From assembly GCA_010909165.1 (NCBI GenBank), contig VJWM01000107.1, positions 1,000,708 to 1,064,707 on the forward strand: a DNA stretch of 64,000 bases, written 5' to 3'. Origin of the DNA: Anthoceros angustus. Lineage: Eukaryota > Plantae > Anthocerotophyta. Each line of letters begins with the position of its first letter. The first letter of the stretch is position 1. Below are positions 24,182-39,400 of the stretch, one piece after another. The notes beneath the pieces are model-generated. The model had not been told where the DNA came from. It searched no databases and was given only the letters and a program-made list of their open reading frames with translations. Made by a program: the position numbers and the translations under genes.

Positions 24182-24699
24182 GGCACACTATAGTACAAGT
24201 TGTTAAGAACCAAGTCCTATTATAGGAAAATTCAATCAAGTGGACTATAATAGACAAAGAGCTAGGTAAAGATTTAGAATCACCCACCTTAGTAGAAAAA
24301 GGGACCCACACTCATCCATGCCTCGTCTCATCATCACTAACCACATCATTTATGTGGAAAATGCTCGATTATGTGTGTGAGAATCACATTCCTCAGCATT
24401 TATTTAAATAATGTCAATCCCATTTATTGTTGCAATCATTTCATTCCGCATTTCATTGAGGATTTCATCTAGTCTTGTGCAGATTGTAAGAAGCTCATCC
24501 GTGTTTATCTCATCATCATGAAGATTTTATTATTATAATCTAATTATATGATGTTTAAATTAGTTTATTATTAAAAATATAATAAAATATAAAATAAGGA
24601 GATGAATATTTAGTATCCGTGCGAATAGACATAACGATTTTCATAGCGACTATAACGACTTAACTTACTTAATGAGAAACTCTATTGAGAGAGTAGAGA

Positions 24700-25080
24700 T
24701 AGAGAGGATCTACATATGTTTATCAAAATGACGAAGCCGATGATTCAGAAGTGACCTGTGCAGCTTGCCTTGATAAAGTTGAGGTGGGCCAAGAGATTAC
24801 TAAAATAAACATATGTGCTCATTTGTATCACAAAAAATGTTTGATCCATGGTTGCATATGTGTGTGGCGTGACGTACATGCCCACTATGTAGACGTGAAG
24901 TATACTTTAGAGAAGAGAATACAAATAGTGGTTTATCATCTCAAGACCCCGGTTTACCCTGGTTTTTCACCTAACCTCATGCCCCGCCTCATGGCCTTGT
25001 TAGCCCATGTATTAGCATCCTTGGCTATGCTAATCAGAGTTGTCATGCACAACATTAGTTGTAGTTTTGTTAGGATTTAG
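24700..25080 (+). pseudogene. RING-H2 finger cassette a, unit 2
   Basis: ORF 24751..25080 starts TCAACLDKVEVGQEITKINICAHLYHKKCL, then frameshifts. Confidence 0.8.
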
Positions 25081-25539
25081 GATTATCGTTGTTTTCTTTT
25101 CCACAAAAATCATTCAATTTTTTTAACAATATGCTTTTCAAAAGAATATCCGCCTTTAAATCTATGTGAGATGTACGTGTTCTTCAAACATATCTTCGAA
25201 AGAGTTCACATAAATCCAAGGACAAAATAAAAATGACACATGGGCCAAATCAAGTACAAAATAAAACCAAACATGATCGAAATCCAAGGACAAAATAGAA
25301 AATGACAGCCTAAATAAACAAAAGTAGGTCAAAGTTTAGATGCACAAAATCCAAGGTCATTATAAAAAATGATGGCCTATATATGAAGGTATATGCTTCT
25401 TTCACATACTTTAGAAAAGAGGGTATTTTCATAACCTTTTGAAGAGGTTTTCTCATAACATTTACTATTCTTCGTGCATTACGGTTATACTAGCCTACAT
25501 AACATCTCAGAATATTGCGTTAGAAATCATGAACACGCC

Positions 25540-26026
25540 TTCAATTTACAATGTATCTACAAATGTTTATCAAAATGAAGAAGCCGATGATTCAAGTGAC
25601 TTGTCTTTGCCTTGATAGTCTTGAGGTGGGCCAGAGATTACTAAAATAAATATATGTGCTCATTTGTATCATAAAAATGTTTAGATCCATGGTTACATAT
25701 GTGCGGCTGCGTACATGCCCATTATGTAGACGTGAAATACACTTTAGAGAAGAGATTAGAAAAAGGTTTACCATCTCAAGACGAAAGTCATCTTCCACAT
25801 CAATTTCGAATGACCTCATTTCCATCCAAGAGGACATTCAAATGATAAGAGATATTGTGAGTGGAGAGTAGAGATGGATATAATGTCGTATGCGCGGATT
25901 GAACAAAGCTTCCGACAAGATGGAGAAAATGCAATCCAAAGTAACATTTAAGATGAAAGGCTTTTCTTGTATGTTGAATTGCAATGGTGTCTTGCTATAT
26001 ATGAACAGAGGCATCCGGATCAAGTA
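25540..26026 (+). pseudogene. RING-H2 finger cassette b, unit 2
   Basis: LRTCPLCRREIHFREE in ORF 25656..25871; homologous to 21550-22045. Confidence 0.8.
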
Positions 26027-26656
26027 GCTTTGGCACTATCCTATGGTGGATAGGGCCATCCCATCTAGTGAGTACACACACCTATTATAGATGGAGCCAC
26101 CCTATCCAACGAGTACACCTAGATGATTTAGATCATCTCATTTATATTGAGAAGAAAGTATTAAATAATCATTTGAATTAATTTGATTATTTTAGTTATT
26201 TATTTAATAATTATCATATAACTATCTTCTATTTTGTATAGATAAGTCATTTTTCTGATTAAATTTACATGAATATTTATGGGTTTTTCAAAACAATTCT
26301 GGTTTTGTTGAAAATATACACCAAAATAGGACAAAGCCCTCCAAAGAGACCTTCACATGTGAGACCGAATACCAAAGAACAAGTGGACAATGTTGAATAA
26401 GAACACCTACACACGAACCTAAACACCGACTACCCAACTCCCAATCCACTCAAAGCTTGAGACTCATAACGTAAACCTCAAACGACACCATCCAACCAGC
26501 CAAGCCTCGATAACATGGCCAATGTGTCAAAAGCTCCAAATCATACACGATACATGAGCCGCCTAAATCGCCACCTAACCGCTTGAATGTGCTTGGATGA
26601 GGATGACACGATTCACCTCACCAAAGCACATTGATAAGAGCGCTCCCAAAATCCCA

Positions 26657-26896
26657 AAGAACGAAGAAACCAGCCTATTGTCACTAAACCACTTTAAAAC
26701 TCTTAAGAATTGGACCCCAAAGAACGAAGAAACCAGCCTATTGTCACTAAACCACTTTAAAACTCTTAAGAATTGGACCTCAAGAACGTAAGAAATCAAC
26801 CTATCCTCAATAAATCACTCTAAAACTCTTAAGAATTGGACAACGTAAGAAACCAGCCTATGGTCAATAAACCACTTTAAAACTCTAAAGAATTAG
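26657..26896 (+). repeat. 4x ~63-bp minisatellite, unit 2
   Basis: Same motif; reads ETSLLSLNHFKTLKNWTPKN in frame. Confidence 0.95.
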
Positions 26897-28669
26897 ACCG
26901 AATGTTTTTGTGGACGAACTTTCATGGATGGATGATCACGGACCTTGTTAGAAGACTCGAGCCTAAGAAGTTCAACATCGCAACAATAGTGTGGGATGAG
27001 GAAGACCCAAAGAACAATTGCCCGACGGTGCTTGGAAGACTTGGATCTAATGATCAAGCACAAACATGAGGGTATACACTTTCGGGGTGTTCACAAGCCC
27101 CATGGGAACTACTATTGGGACTATTTCTGGAATTTTTTATTCGGCACGGAAGCTGAGGCAGCAAGTTCCTCCTCTGTGAAGCTGAAAACCTCTAAGGACT
27201 CCGGTTAGTAGAGAGCATTTCATTTCCCAAGAAGCAACCTTCTAAATCAAGAGACTGACGGATTTGTGTGCCTGGCTTGTTAGGCAAACAGGGAGCTGTG
27301 AAGGAAAGCTTAGCGAATGATGAGTCAGATGACAAGCCAGCCTTAGGTTAGGACATCAAGCCTTTTGCACTTGAATGTGGTGAGGTGAGGGTGCCACTTT
27401 GTTAGATATACCTATGCACATGTGTAACATATAGTTATAGACAGTTAGTATGGGAACACATACACACGGGCAGCAAATGTATGAGCTCTTTCTCACTATC
27501 ATTCGTCAAAGGATTCCACCAACCGCTTGCCTCAAGCTTGAGGGCTTTATGTGATGCCATTCTCGCAATGTTCGCTTTGTGTCACGACCGGTGGTAATCC
27601 ACTACCGCAAGGGCTGCAAGAGAACGCAAGTTGGCTCTTCCTAACCCCATGAGACCAGGAAAACGATATATTGGTCGACATCGCACAACCTAGGGCCTTA
27701 ATAGGCTTACCTGTGCTCACACCATGTGAGACTTTCAAGACGCTTTTACACTCTCAATTCATACACATTTCAATTTTTCCCCATCACTCGTAGTGGCATA
27801 CTCAAGGGCCATATGGACATGCATTCACGTATGGTAGGGCCCCTAGACCATGGCGGAAACGCTGCACGACGCCTGTAGCTAGGTCCTACACATGACACAA
27901 GTCACATATGCCGCCTTTAGTGATGTAGAGGCGCAAGTCTCGAATAGCTTCGGCACGGTGGAGAGCTCCTCCAGCGCTATCGCCACCATGCTTAAACAAA
28001 AGACACTTTCAAAACGAGCCCAGGGAAGAAATGCCACCATTTCTTAAGCCAAATAGACAACATTTATAAGAACGTGGTTACTAAGCATCTTGTGCTTGAT
28101 CGATACTTAGATGGGGTGTCTAGAGGAGTGGATACCCTTGGTGCGAATAGCTGAGGCACACTATAGTACAAGTTGTTAAGAACCAAGTCCTATTATAGGA
28201 AAATTCAATCAAGTGGACTATAATAGACAAAGAGCTAGGTAAAGATTTAGAATCACCCACCTTAGTAGAAAAAGGGACCCACACTCATCCATGCCTCGTC
28301 TCATCATCACTAACCACATCATTTATATGGAAAATGCTCGCTTATGTGTGTGAGAATCACATTCCTCAACATTTATTTCATAAATAATGTCAATCCCATT
28401 TATTGTTGCAATCATTTCATTCCGCATTTCATTGAGGATTTCATCTAGTCTTGTGCAGATTGTAAGAAGCTCATCTATGTTTATCTCATCATCATGAAGA
28501 TTTTATTATTATAATCTAATTATATGATGTTTAAATTAATTTATTATCAAAAGTCTAATAAAATATAAAATAAGGAGATGAATATTTAGTATCCGTGCGA
28601 ATAGACATAACGCTTTTCATAGCGACTATAACGACTTAACTTACTTAATGAGAAACTCTATTGAGAGAG

Positions 28670-29000
28670 TAGAGATAGAGAGGATCTACATATGTTTATC
28701 AAAATGAAGAAGCCGATGATTGAAGTGACTGCACTTGCCTTGATAAACTTGAGGTGGGCCAAGAGATTACTAAAATAAACATATGTGCTCATTTGTATCA
28801 CAAAAATGTTTGATCCATGGTTGCATATGTGTGTGGCGTGACGTACATGCCCACTATGTAGACGTGAAGTATACTTTAGAGAAGAGAATACAAATAGTGG
28901 TTTATCATCTCAAGACCCGGTTTACCCTGGTTTTCACCTAACCTCATGCCCGCCTCATGGCCTTGTTCCATGTATTAGCATCCTTGGCTATGCATCGAAG
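28670..29000 (+). pseudogene. RING-H2 finger cassette a, unit 3
   Basis: Homologous to 24700-25080. Confidence 0.75.
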
Positions 29001-29499
29001 TTGTCATGCACAACATTAGTTGTAGTTTTGTTAGGATTTAGGATTATCGTTGTTTTCTTTCCACAAAAATCATTCAATTTTTTAACAATATGCTTTTCAA
29101 AAGAATATCCGCCTTTAAATCTGTCTATGTGAGATGTACGTGTTCTTCAAACATATCTTGAAAGAGTTCACATGGCTAAATCCAAGGACAAAATAAAAAT
29201 GACACATGGGCCAAATCAAGTACAAAATAAAACCAAACATGATCGAAATCCAAGGACAAAATAGAAAATGACAGCCTAAATAAACAAAAGTAGGTCAAAT
29301 TTTAGATGTACAAAATCCAAGGTCATTATCAAAATGATGGCCTATATATGCAAGGTATATGCTTCTTTCACATACTTTAGAAAAGAGGGTATTTTTCATA
29401 ACCTTTGAAGAGGTTTTTCTCATAACATTTACTATTCTTCGTGCATTACTTTATACTAGCCTACATAACATCTCAGAATATTATGTTAGAAATCATGAA

Positions 29500-29994
29500 C
29501 ACGTCTTCAATTTACAATGTATCTACAAATGTTTATCAAAATGAAGAAGCCGATGATTCGAAGTGACTTGTCTTTGCCTTGATAGTCTTGAGGTGGGCCA
29601 GAGATTACTAAAATAAATATATGTGCTCATTTGTATCATAAAAATGTTTAGATCCATGGTTACATATGTGCGGGCGCGACATGCCCATTATGTAGACGTG
29701 AAATACACTTTAGAGAAGAGATTACGTAAAAGGTTTACCATCTCAAGACGAAAGTCACCTTCCACATCAATTTCGAATGACCTCATTTCCATCCAAGAGG
29801 ACATTCAAATGATAAGAGATATTGTGAGTGGGAGAGTAGAGATGGATATAATGTCGTATGCTGGATTGAACAAAGCTTCCGACAAGATGGAGAAAATGCA
29901 ATCCAAAGTAACGACGAAGATGAAAGGCTTTTCTTGTATGTTGAATTGCAATGGTGTCTTGCTATATATGAACAGAGGCATCCGGATCAAGTAG
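29500..29994 (+). pseudogene. RING-H2 finger cassette b, unit 3
   Basis: Homologous to 21550-22045; same C-terminus ...GVLLYMNRGIRIK*. Confidence 0.8.
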
Positions 29995-30494
29995 CTTTGG
30001 CACTATCCTATGGTGGATAGGGCCATCCCATCTAGTGAGTACACCTATTATAGATGGAGCCACCCTTTCCAACGAGTACACCTAGATGATTTAGATCATC
30101 TCATTTATATTGAGAAGAAAGTATTAAATAATCATTTGAATTAATTTGATTATTTTAGTTATTTATTTAATAATTATCATATAACTATCTTCTATTTTTG
30201 TATAGATAAGTCATTTTTCTGATTAAATTTACATGAATATTTATGGGTTTTTCAAAACAATTCTGGTTTTGTTGAAAATATACACCAAAATAGGACAAAG
30301 CCCTCCAAAGAGACCTTCACATCCGAGATCAATACCTCCAGCAAAGACAAGTGGACAATGTTGAATAAGAACACCTACACACGAACCCTAAACACCGACT
30401 ACCTCCGAACTCCCAATCCACTCAAAGCTTGAGACTCATAACGGTAAACCTCAAACGACACCATCCAACCAATAAGCGATAACATGGCCAATGT

Positions 30495-30941
30495 TGTAAC
30501 GGCCTCGAATTCACGCCCACCTGTGAATTCTAGGATCGCCACTGCTAGGTGAGCTCAATGTGGTCGGCTCTATTCTTTGATGGTCTTGTTTACATAGCCG
30601 CCGCCCTGAACGATTAAATTCATGTTAAGATAGTCACGTTTCTTGTTCTTAACCTACTGCTAGTACCAACTTGGGTTTTTAACTACGGTTTATCACTAAC
30701 TAAGGTCACGGTTCGTTAAGTTCTAACCTCTCGTTAGTATTCGCTTTCTCGACGTTTCTATCGCTAAGTTTCTATCGCTAATCGAGTTTCTTTGGCAAAC
30801 GCGACTCAATTCGTATTCGCTGCCCCGGTCTAAGTCTGCCGCCACCACAAGGCCCGCCGGGCTCCCCCGTGACCGAGCATAGCATGCTTCAGGCCCTCGT
30901 TCAGATAGGCACGGGCGTTTTCCGCTCCTGCTGGTGTAACA
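30495..30941 (-). repeat. 3' LTR of gypsy B (447 bp)
   Basis: Direct repeat of 43805-44251. Confidence 0.93.
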
Positions 30942-30954
30942 TCCTCCCCCACTT

Positions 30955-33900
30955 AAGAGGCCTGGTCCTCCAGGCCCTCGATCTGCTGGTTGAGGTGAGG
31001 AAACAGTTTGCAAAAGGCTTCTGGCTCCCAAGTGGCAGAAGTATCAGGTTCCTGGCTCCACCCAACTAGGTAATCTCGGACAGTCCTATTCCTGAGCTTG
31101 CGAACTCGTTGTTGAAGGATTCATGCGGTTGGGAAAGAGGGAGGCTTGCAGTCTTTCAGTCAAGCTACAAGGAGATGAGATAGGAACCGATCGGAGAGGT
31201 AGGGATTGTGGTGCAGGAGGTCTCATGAAGGAGGAGACGGGTAGGAGAGTCAGAGAAGATGGCAGCCGGGAATGACGGGTTTCAAGATAATCGACATGAA
31301 AAGTCCGCATGCCACAAGGGAAGATCAAGGGTGAGGCTACTCACTCACCGCTAATGGTAAAGGGTCCGCAAAAGCGGTATGCGAGCTTGGGATGGGGTTG
31401 GATCGGGTTTGGGTACTGGGGAGGACAGAACTGTGACTTGTCCCGCCAGTATAGGTGACCTCACGGCGTTGCTTGTTTTTGATCTTGCGCCGCCTGCCTT
31501 GTGAGGTTTTTTTAGCTTGGCTGACCTCATGGTATACATCTTCCGCCACTGCAAAGCACTTCTCCACTTCCTGGGCTGGCCATAATCCAGGGTGGTGGAT
31601 TGGCTCCATAGAGTAGTTTGAAGGTGAGGCACTGCTCCAAAGATGCTTGGATGTGTTATACGAACTCCAAAGATAGGTAACAAGTCCTCCCATAATCCTT
31701 GCTTCTCCTGCATAGTGACGTAGTATATCTTCTAACACTTGTATTTGCTTCTCGGATTGACCATCCGATTCGGGATGGCGGTGGTAGACAAACTCGATGA
31801 ATGCCAAGGGTTTACGTGAATGTTTTCCGAACCCTCGTCAGAAATTCGGATCCCCGTCTCAAACGATGTCTGTGGGCATCCATGCAACTGAAAATCTCGC
31901 GGATGAAGATGGCCACTTCGCCAGTGGACCTTTGGAGTGAACGGGAATGAAGTGACACAACTTCGATAGCCTGCATAACCACCGGATGGCATCCTTGCCG
32001 CCTCGCCCCGGCAGAGCAGTAATAAAGTCCATGGAGATGGATGGAACCTTCTTTATGTGTAAGGGCAACAACAACCCCCGCGATGGCCTGCTTTGCTCGC
32101 GGGAGAACACGAACCCACCGGATGCAATCTTGCCTCTCATGGTAGTCCAAGAGAAGTGCGTCTTCACACGCTCGTAAGTCTTATCCACACCTAGATGCCC
32201 GAGATGGGAGAATCGTGCAAGTCGTGCATGATACTCCGTTTGAGTTCCGCCATGTGACGGGAATGAATACCGCCTTACGGTAAACACATGCGTCCTTCAA
32301 TTGATACGTTTGCATCGTGTTGGAACCCCTGCCGCATCCTCGAGTAATCGCTCATAGATGGCTTGCGTGGTCGGATCCTCCGGGATGGCGGTGGTAGACA
32401 AACTCGATGAATGCCAAGGGTTTTTAAATGTTTCGAACCTGCTGTAAATTCGGATCCACAATCAAAGCGATGTCTGTGGGCATCCATGCAACTCAATCTC
32501 GCGGATGAAGATGGCTGACACGGTGACTTGGAGTGAGCAGGAATGAAGTGACAACACTTCATAGCCTCATAACCACCGGATGGCATCCTTGCCGCCCGTC
32601 CTCGGCGGTAAACAAGTCCATGGAGATGGAGTGGGCAATCCTTCTTGTATGTAAGGGCAACAACCTGGCGATGATGGTCGGTTTTGCTTTACAGCGAGGA
32701 GACACATCTGAACCCGGATGCAATCTTGCCTCATGGTAGTCCAAGAGAAGTGCGTCTTCACGTTCGTAAGTCTTATCCACACCTAGATGCCCGAGATGGG
32801 AGAATCGTGCAAGTCGTGCATGATACTCCGTTTGAGTTCCATCATGTGACGGGAATGAATACCGCCTTACGGTAAACACATGCGTCCTTCAATTGATACG
32901 TTTGCATCGTGTTGGAACCCCTGCCGCATCCTCGAGTAATCGCTCATAGATGGCTTGCGTGGTCGGATCCTCCGGGATGGCCTCACATACTTTGATGGTG
33001 TCGATCGCCGACATCAAAGTTTGGGCCTGCTCGCTCAAAGCGTCTGCAGCAGTGTTAGCCGGGCCTGCCAGGTATTTAATCTCCATGTCAAAGTCAGCTA
33101 AATACTCCATCTGCTACCGCCTGCATTGAGATTCCTGTTTGAAAAAGTTGAATGGTGATCCGTGGTTGTCCCAGGAGATAGTGGCGCCACACCTTCAAAG
33201 CATGTACGATGGCGAACATTTCCTTATCATGTACCGTAATTTAGCTTGAGCCCTTGAAGCTTGTGGGATTCATATGCTATCACCCTTCCTTGCCGAGATA
33301 ACACCGCTTAGGGCGCCATCCCGATGCGCCAAGATGCACGTGTAGGTGCTCGTACGCCCACCGCCAAGACGGTCCACCGCTCAACGCACGTGGCCTCAAG
33401 GCCCGGATACCGTGATCACAACCGAAATGGCTTCGAGGTGGATTGTTTGAGAGCCTCCGCTGGGCAAGGGCGATTTGGTCAAGCCCTTGATGAACCGCGG
33501 TAGAAGCCATAATCCCGTGAATCCCTCGGTTGGGTGATATCGTGGGAGGGGCCACTCAACCACCGCCGCACCTTATGCGAGGATCCATGCCGATGCCCTT
33601 TGCACTCACGATATGACCAAGGTATTCTACCTCGTCCTTCATAAAGGTACACTTACTCCTCTTGGCCAAGAAATGATGTTCCTGTAAGAGTGTGAATACC
33701 TTCCCGACAAGACCGATGTGCTGGCTCGTCCGGGCAGAGTGGATAAGTATGTCATCTAAGAAGACTTGACTCCCTTGCCCAACAAGGGTCGAAGGATGTC
33801 CCATAAGACATTGGAATGTCGCAGGGCATTCGTAAGCCCAAGCGGCATGACTACGACCAGAGGGGCTGGCCCCCGAACGCGGTTTTGGCTCATCCCTTCT

Positions 33901-34984
33901 TGAGCCGGATCCGTGGAAACCGGACCGCAAATCAATTTTGGTAAACCATCACGACCTGCAACCGGTCCAAAATTTCATCTATGCGCATTTGGTAGACATT
34001 TCGGATGGTGGCGCGTCCCTCCTCAGAGTCGATGCAGCCTCCAACTACCATCAGCCGAACCAACAGCACCGCGCCCATAAGGTGAGGTACTTGGTCTTAC
34101 AAACTTTGTCCAGAATTCGTCCACTTGCCGCTTAATTTCTTCATTCTCCATCACCGACGTGGGGTGGCTGACCACCGGCCCGTGCCCGGGACTAATTCAA
34201 TCTTGTGGTCTATGGCAGCGAGTGGGCGGGTGGTGGGCTCGCAAACAAGCCGGCAAACTCCTCGGCGAGCCTTGAAATCTGCAGGTAAGAGGGCTTGGTT
34301 TGTTTTGAGAGCCCGTGATTCGGTGCCCTCGAGCCACTCGCTTGACTTGGCTATATCGAAACCACCCTTGGCGGTGGACTTAGGTAAGGCGGATACAAGA
34401 AAAGATGTTTGTCCCAGGTATGTCTCTCCTTCCAAAGCACATAGGCCTTGCCCGCTACTTCTAGGGTTACTAAATTCCTTTTCCAATCAATCAATGGTGT
34501 GAGTGGGCGGCCACGCCACGGCTTCCCCACAATCACATCATGAGCTGTGGTGGCAAAACGATGCACTTCAAGACCTCTCCAAAACCTCCGGGAAGGTAAG
34601 TGGTGCATCCACCCATCGCCTCACCGACGTCCTTATTTCCCAGCCGCCACTACGGTGGATGTCCGACCCGAGTTGTAGATGCAGCGGGCCCGCGTATGGC
34701 GGATGCCGATATGTAGTGGTGACTAGCACCGGAGTCTAAGAGAGCCGTAGCCACATGCCCCGCTAACTGAACCTTCAGCTTGATGGGGACATGGGTCTTG
34801 CTGCAAGCATTCAGGACACAACACCCAGTGCAAGACCTAGGATTCTGGTTGTTGTCCGGTTCAAGTACCTCTTCCAAGACAACTGAATGGTTACTTTTGC
34901 TGGCAGGTGTTTGAGCAGAAGATCCAGCTCGGGTGGAGTTCCCTGTCTCCTTCAGCCAGGAGATGAAATCCTTCCTGTGAGGAC
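30955..34984 (-). pseudogene. pol: Gypsy B pol: protease, RT, RNase H, integrase, chromodomain (frameshifted; ~600-bp duplication in IN)
   Basis: ALLDSGASHHYIS, VFLDDILIHS, EYLADFDMEIKYLAGPANTAADALS, GHLGVDKTYERVK, ISMDFITALP, HPESDGQSEK. Chromodomain ILQQRVRKLRNRTVRDYLVGWSQEPDTSATWEPE at ~31020-31120. Confidence 0.92.
31771..32981. repeat. ~600-bp tandem duplication in gypsy B integrase
   Basis: Junction microhomology CGGGATGGC at 31771, 32381 and 32973. Confidence 0.85.
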
Positions 34985-35401
34985 TGACAATATTCTAGAG
35001 ATGCTAGAAGATGCAGACAAGAGCAAACTTGTCATAGAGAAAACAAGACAATATATTAAGTGATCAAAAGAGTGTCTTATATACATAAGTTGTTTAACTC
35101 TAAGTGACCTTTCATTATACAACCCTAATTACTTAACCCGTGACCGTGGTTATATATATACAACCCCAATGGGTCATCCCTCGGGGTTAACACACCCCTT
35201 AACCACGCCGGTTAGAAGTTGTAGGCGTTGCGCGAATCTTCGTGGTGATGAAGAGCTGCGGGGTCGTCGGAAAGGACGGCCAAAGCAAAGTTGCAGTGAG
35301 GTGAGCGATTAGATCATGCACTAAGCTTCATCCGCTCGGTCCCCTCACGTGATGTGAGCAATTGTCCATCAATGCTTTGTAGAGAAGGGTAGATAGGAGA
35401 G

Positions 35402-38400
35402 TCAACCAAACCTGAGCTTCCTTGTGGAAATTGTGCTTCCGTGTGTTGACAAACACTTGGTCAACAAGTCGGCAGTGTTCAGCTCCGTTGGCACATGTTC
35501 AATCTGTATCACCTTCCGCTCAGCAGTCTTGGACAGTGGTCTTTGAATTTCAATGTCATTGTCCAGCATGAAAACGAGGGTTCCCAACCAAAGCAATTGT
35601 AGACATGTTGTCGCAATATAAAGTTGTAGGAATCTTGTTGAAGTTCAGCCAAGAATGATTCCACTCACTTCTTTGGTGACTCCAAAGCCTTGTACTCACT
35701 TGTGGATGATAGAGCCACAAGCCTTCTTCGAGCTCCAGTTCACGGCTCCCACAAGAGAAAGCAATAGGCACACACTCCCACTCTCGCTCACGGATGGTTC
35801 CCGGTCAGACATATCCAACCAAGGTGATATTCGATCCATGCCTTGAAAGCATAGTCCATGTGTTGAAGTGCCCTTCAAGTAGCGGAGGATCCTTTGACGG
35901 CAATCCAATGCTCGACCGCTTCTCCAAAATTGGGAAGCTCGACATCGGGATATCTGGTCTTGTCCGGCCGGTGATAGTTCAAGCACCCTCTACGGCATGA
36001 CGATATGGCACTTGGCTCATGAGTTCTGATCGGTGTCATCCCGTGGAGATTGGAGGAAGTGAGCTTGACCCCAACACAACCAAAAGTGTCTTGTGGGCTT
36101 TGCATCTTGCAGTTGAAAAGCGAATGGTCTCGTTGATATACTTGGTCCGTGAAGGACAAGAGTGTGGTTATCCCTAAGGAGCTGAACCCCAAGAACAAAG
36201 GTGAGTTCTCCAATGTCCTTCATGTCATATAAACATGCGTATGGCCTTCACCCAATCCAGGATCCCTATTATTTGGCGAGTTAAGTGTCAACATACAAAG
36301 CCAATATCACAAGATATCCTCCTTTGCAATATATGTAGACGTTGGCGTCTGGAGTTCTGGATGAAACCAATGGACTTGAGGTACTTGTCGATACACTTGT
36401 ACCACTCTCGAGCACTTTGCTTGAGTCCATATAAGGTCTTCTTCAATTTGCACACCCAACTGGATGTTAGGATCGACAAAGCCCTCGTGGTCCATATAGA
36501 TATCTTCCTCTAATTCTCCATAGAGGAAGGCTGAGACATCCATTTGCTCCGCATCCCGCCTCTGCAGTGCAAGGGCTAGGATCATCGATGGATTGTGTCT
36601 TGACGATGTGAAAGTTTCGTTGAAGTCCACACCACTTGTGAGCGCGAGCAACAAGACGTGATTTGTAACGTATGTCCCCTTGTGCGTTCAGCTTATGTTT
36701 GAACACCCACTTGCAGCTCACCGTTTTCCTTCCAGCAGGTAAGGGGCAAAGTTCCCATGTTCCATTCTTCATCAAGGAGTCATACTCATCTTGAATTGAT
36801 GGAAGCCAATGGTGTTTGTGTGCACCTTTTATAGCCTCCTTGTAAGTTTGAGGTTCTGCTGGGTGAGGTGTGCTAGTGGAGGAGGCTTCACATAGCCTAG
36901 CAGATCGTGGGAGACGGAAGTCCTCTGACTCATAGGGTCTGGAGATCCAGCTATCTCGAGATGGACGAGACCGGCTTGGATATCTCCTTTCCTCAACAAT
37001 AGGTTCAACTTTGAATGGAGCACCATGTGGTTCTCGCATTGACAACATCATCGGTCAAGTCAAGAACCCGGTCATCCCGTCACGTGCACTGTGGTCCTCA
37101 TCGAAGAGGATCCGCTTCAAGTTGCTCAAGTGTGTCTTGCTCAAGTGGGTCATCGGGAACATGATATGCTTCATGCTCTTCAACATCGTAGGGCGGCGTG
37201 GAACAATAGTAGGTTGGGAGGGCTGCAACGTAGGTCTCAATGGTACTATAGATCTGGAAATCCACCCCCGCTAGCGCCGGAGAAGACACGGTTCGCCATA
37301 GATGCATCTTGTGGGTACACCGGAGGGGAGTCATCAAAACCAAGGTCGGTGCGGTGAATCGGTGCGGGTGGAAAAGTAAGAACTCGTAATCCAAAGCGAA
37401 GTCATGAGGCTTGACAAGCTCTTTGAAGGTGACGCCCGAGCAAAAATCAAGCGATCGAGTAGGAGGGTCATAGAGTTTATACGCCTTGGTTTCTTCTCCA
37501 TAACCAATGAAAACCAAAGGTCTTGCCCTATCCTCGAGCTTCCCTACTGCTCAATGGATATAGGCGTGGTGAGCCAAATACCGAGGTGAAGCGGACTTGG
37601 TTTCTTCCATATCACTTCAAACGGAGTGCGATCGTGCCACGGTTGTTGGAAGCGATTCAAGATATGTGGCAATAATCGCCCGCCTAAGAGGCTTTCTGAG
37701 GCTCACCAAGCTAGCATGGCACGTGTCATGTTGAGTGGTCGTCGGCCACTACTCCATTTTGTTGTTGAGTATATGGGATACTTAGGCATGTGATCCCTTG
37801 AGCTGCAAGGTAATCATTAAATGGAGAGTTAACAAACTCACTACCATTATCTCGACCTCAAGCATCGGAGGTAACATCCTCGCTTGCCTTTGAACCATGA
37901 TGATCCATTCTTTGAAGAAGGTCTCGATTTCCTCTTCATTGGGTATGTCCAAGAGTAGCGGTGAAGTCATCATTTGTTAAATAATAGAGGGAGCCACCAA
38001 GAGGGAACATGTATCTTGCCGGATATATCAAAGATGGACAAGATCTAGGATGTTAATGACCTAAAAGCGACATTGGTAGGAAAGGGTAACTCCTTTTGCT
38101 TTGCAACTATGCAAGAGTCGCACAAAGGAAGTTCCTTAAAGCACCTAGGTAAGGGCTCTATAGCATTCTAACTTAGACATCTTAAGGAGCTTGTCCTTGT
38201 TAGCATGTCCTAGTCTAGCATGCCAAAGTGAGCTAGGTGGGCTTGTGATCTGAAGCAACATGAGCACTTCTAGCAGCGCACATGAAAGGTCTAACCAGAG
38301 ATCATGCTCTAATAGGCCTCACGCCACCACGGAACTAGTTGGGCCCCCGTGGTTAGTGCGGCTAGAAGGCGTAAAGGTTAGATCAAAAATACTTCATGTG

Positions 38401-39400
38401 CATAAGTTGACTAACATAACAAGTGCTTGGCCATGTTAGGAACATACAAAACGTCATCAAGCCGAATGAGGCTACCATCCGCTTAAGAAATGACAAGTAC
38501 CCTTCCCAAAATCTTCAGCTGACGAGTGAGCTCGTCACCTAACAAAAGACCTTCTCGGATGTATTTATGGAGTAAAATTACTCATCAAATTGTTGCAGAT
38601 GTGAGATGTAGCCCCTGTAATCCAAGTACCAAGCATCATGTGTCTTGGGGGCTTGGATGTGGACAAGCAAGTCGTCATCACTGGCGCTTGCCTTGTCTTC
38701 TTGTCCTTGAAACCGTGTTGGCCTCACTCTATGAGTCTTCTCGGCCTTCTTAGGTTCTCCATTTTTCTTTTACGACACTCCGCTCCCAATGGCCGGGAGA
38801 GCCGCCATGATTGCTCCAACCTCTCTTGGTTTGACCCTTGGTGTTTCCTTAGATGTGCTAGGTGTAGAAAAGTTTCTACCCTTGTATTGTGAGCGGTTTA
38901 GAGGTAAAAGGACTTTATCTATTTTAGCCCAAAAGAGAATGAGAACCACTACGTGATTGCTCTTCTTGGAACAAGGCTCCTACAACATCGGTAAAGCTAA
39001 TCGCACTTTTGTCCTGCAGCAACCTGCTGCACCATCTCTAAGTGAGGCTGTAACTAGAGACAAAAGGTCGATAGCTTGAAGGAAGACTTGTAAGGAGTTA
39101 AGATCTAAGTCCGACATAGTAGACCCTAATGAAATCTGTGATCTAAGGTGCCTAAACTTCCCCACAAAACTACTGCCTTCTCATTGTCACGCATACTAAG
39201 AGAGAAAAGCTCACTTACAAAGACATAAGGTTAGTATATTATCATATTCACATCATAAATTTGGTTCCATATATCCTCGCCTTTTAGCTCTGGAACTAGT
39301 ACCTCGTCAAGGCCGCTTATTAGGAGGGCTCGAGCCACATTGTTGGCGTTGTCCCATCTATCCTTATCGAATTGATTTGCGGTAGCTCCGGGTTGTTGGA
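35402..39400 (-). pseudogene. pol: Copia C gag-pol (frameshifted)
   Basis: gag DRWDNANNVARALLISGL, IN MVFIGYGEETKAYKLYDP, RT TWELCPLPAGRKTVSCKWVFK, YKSRLVAR, KLKKTLYGLKQSAREW, RH VPTELNTADLLTKCL. Confidence 0.9.
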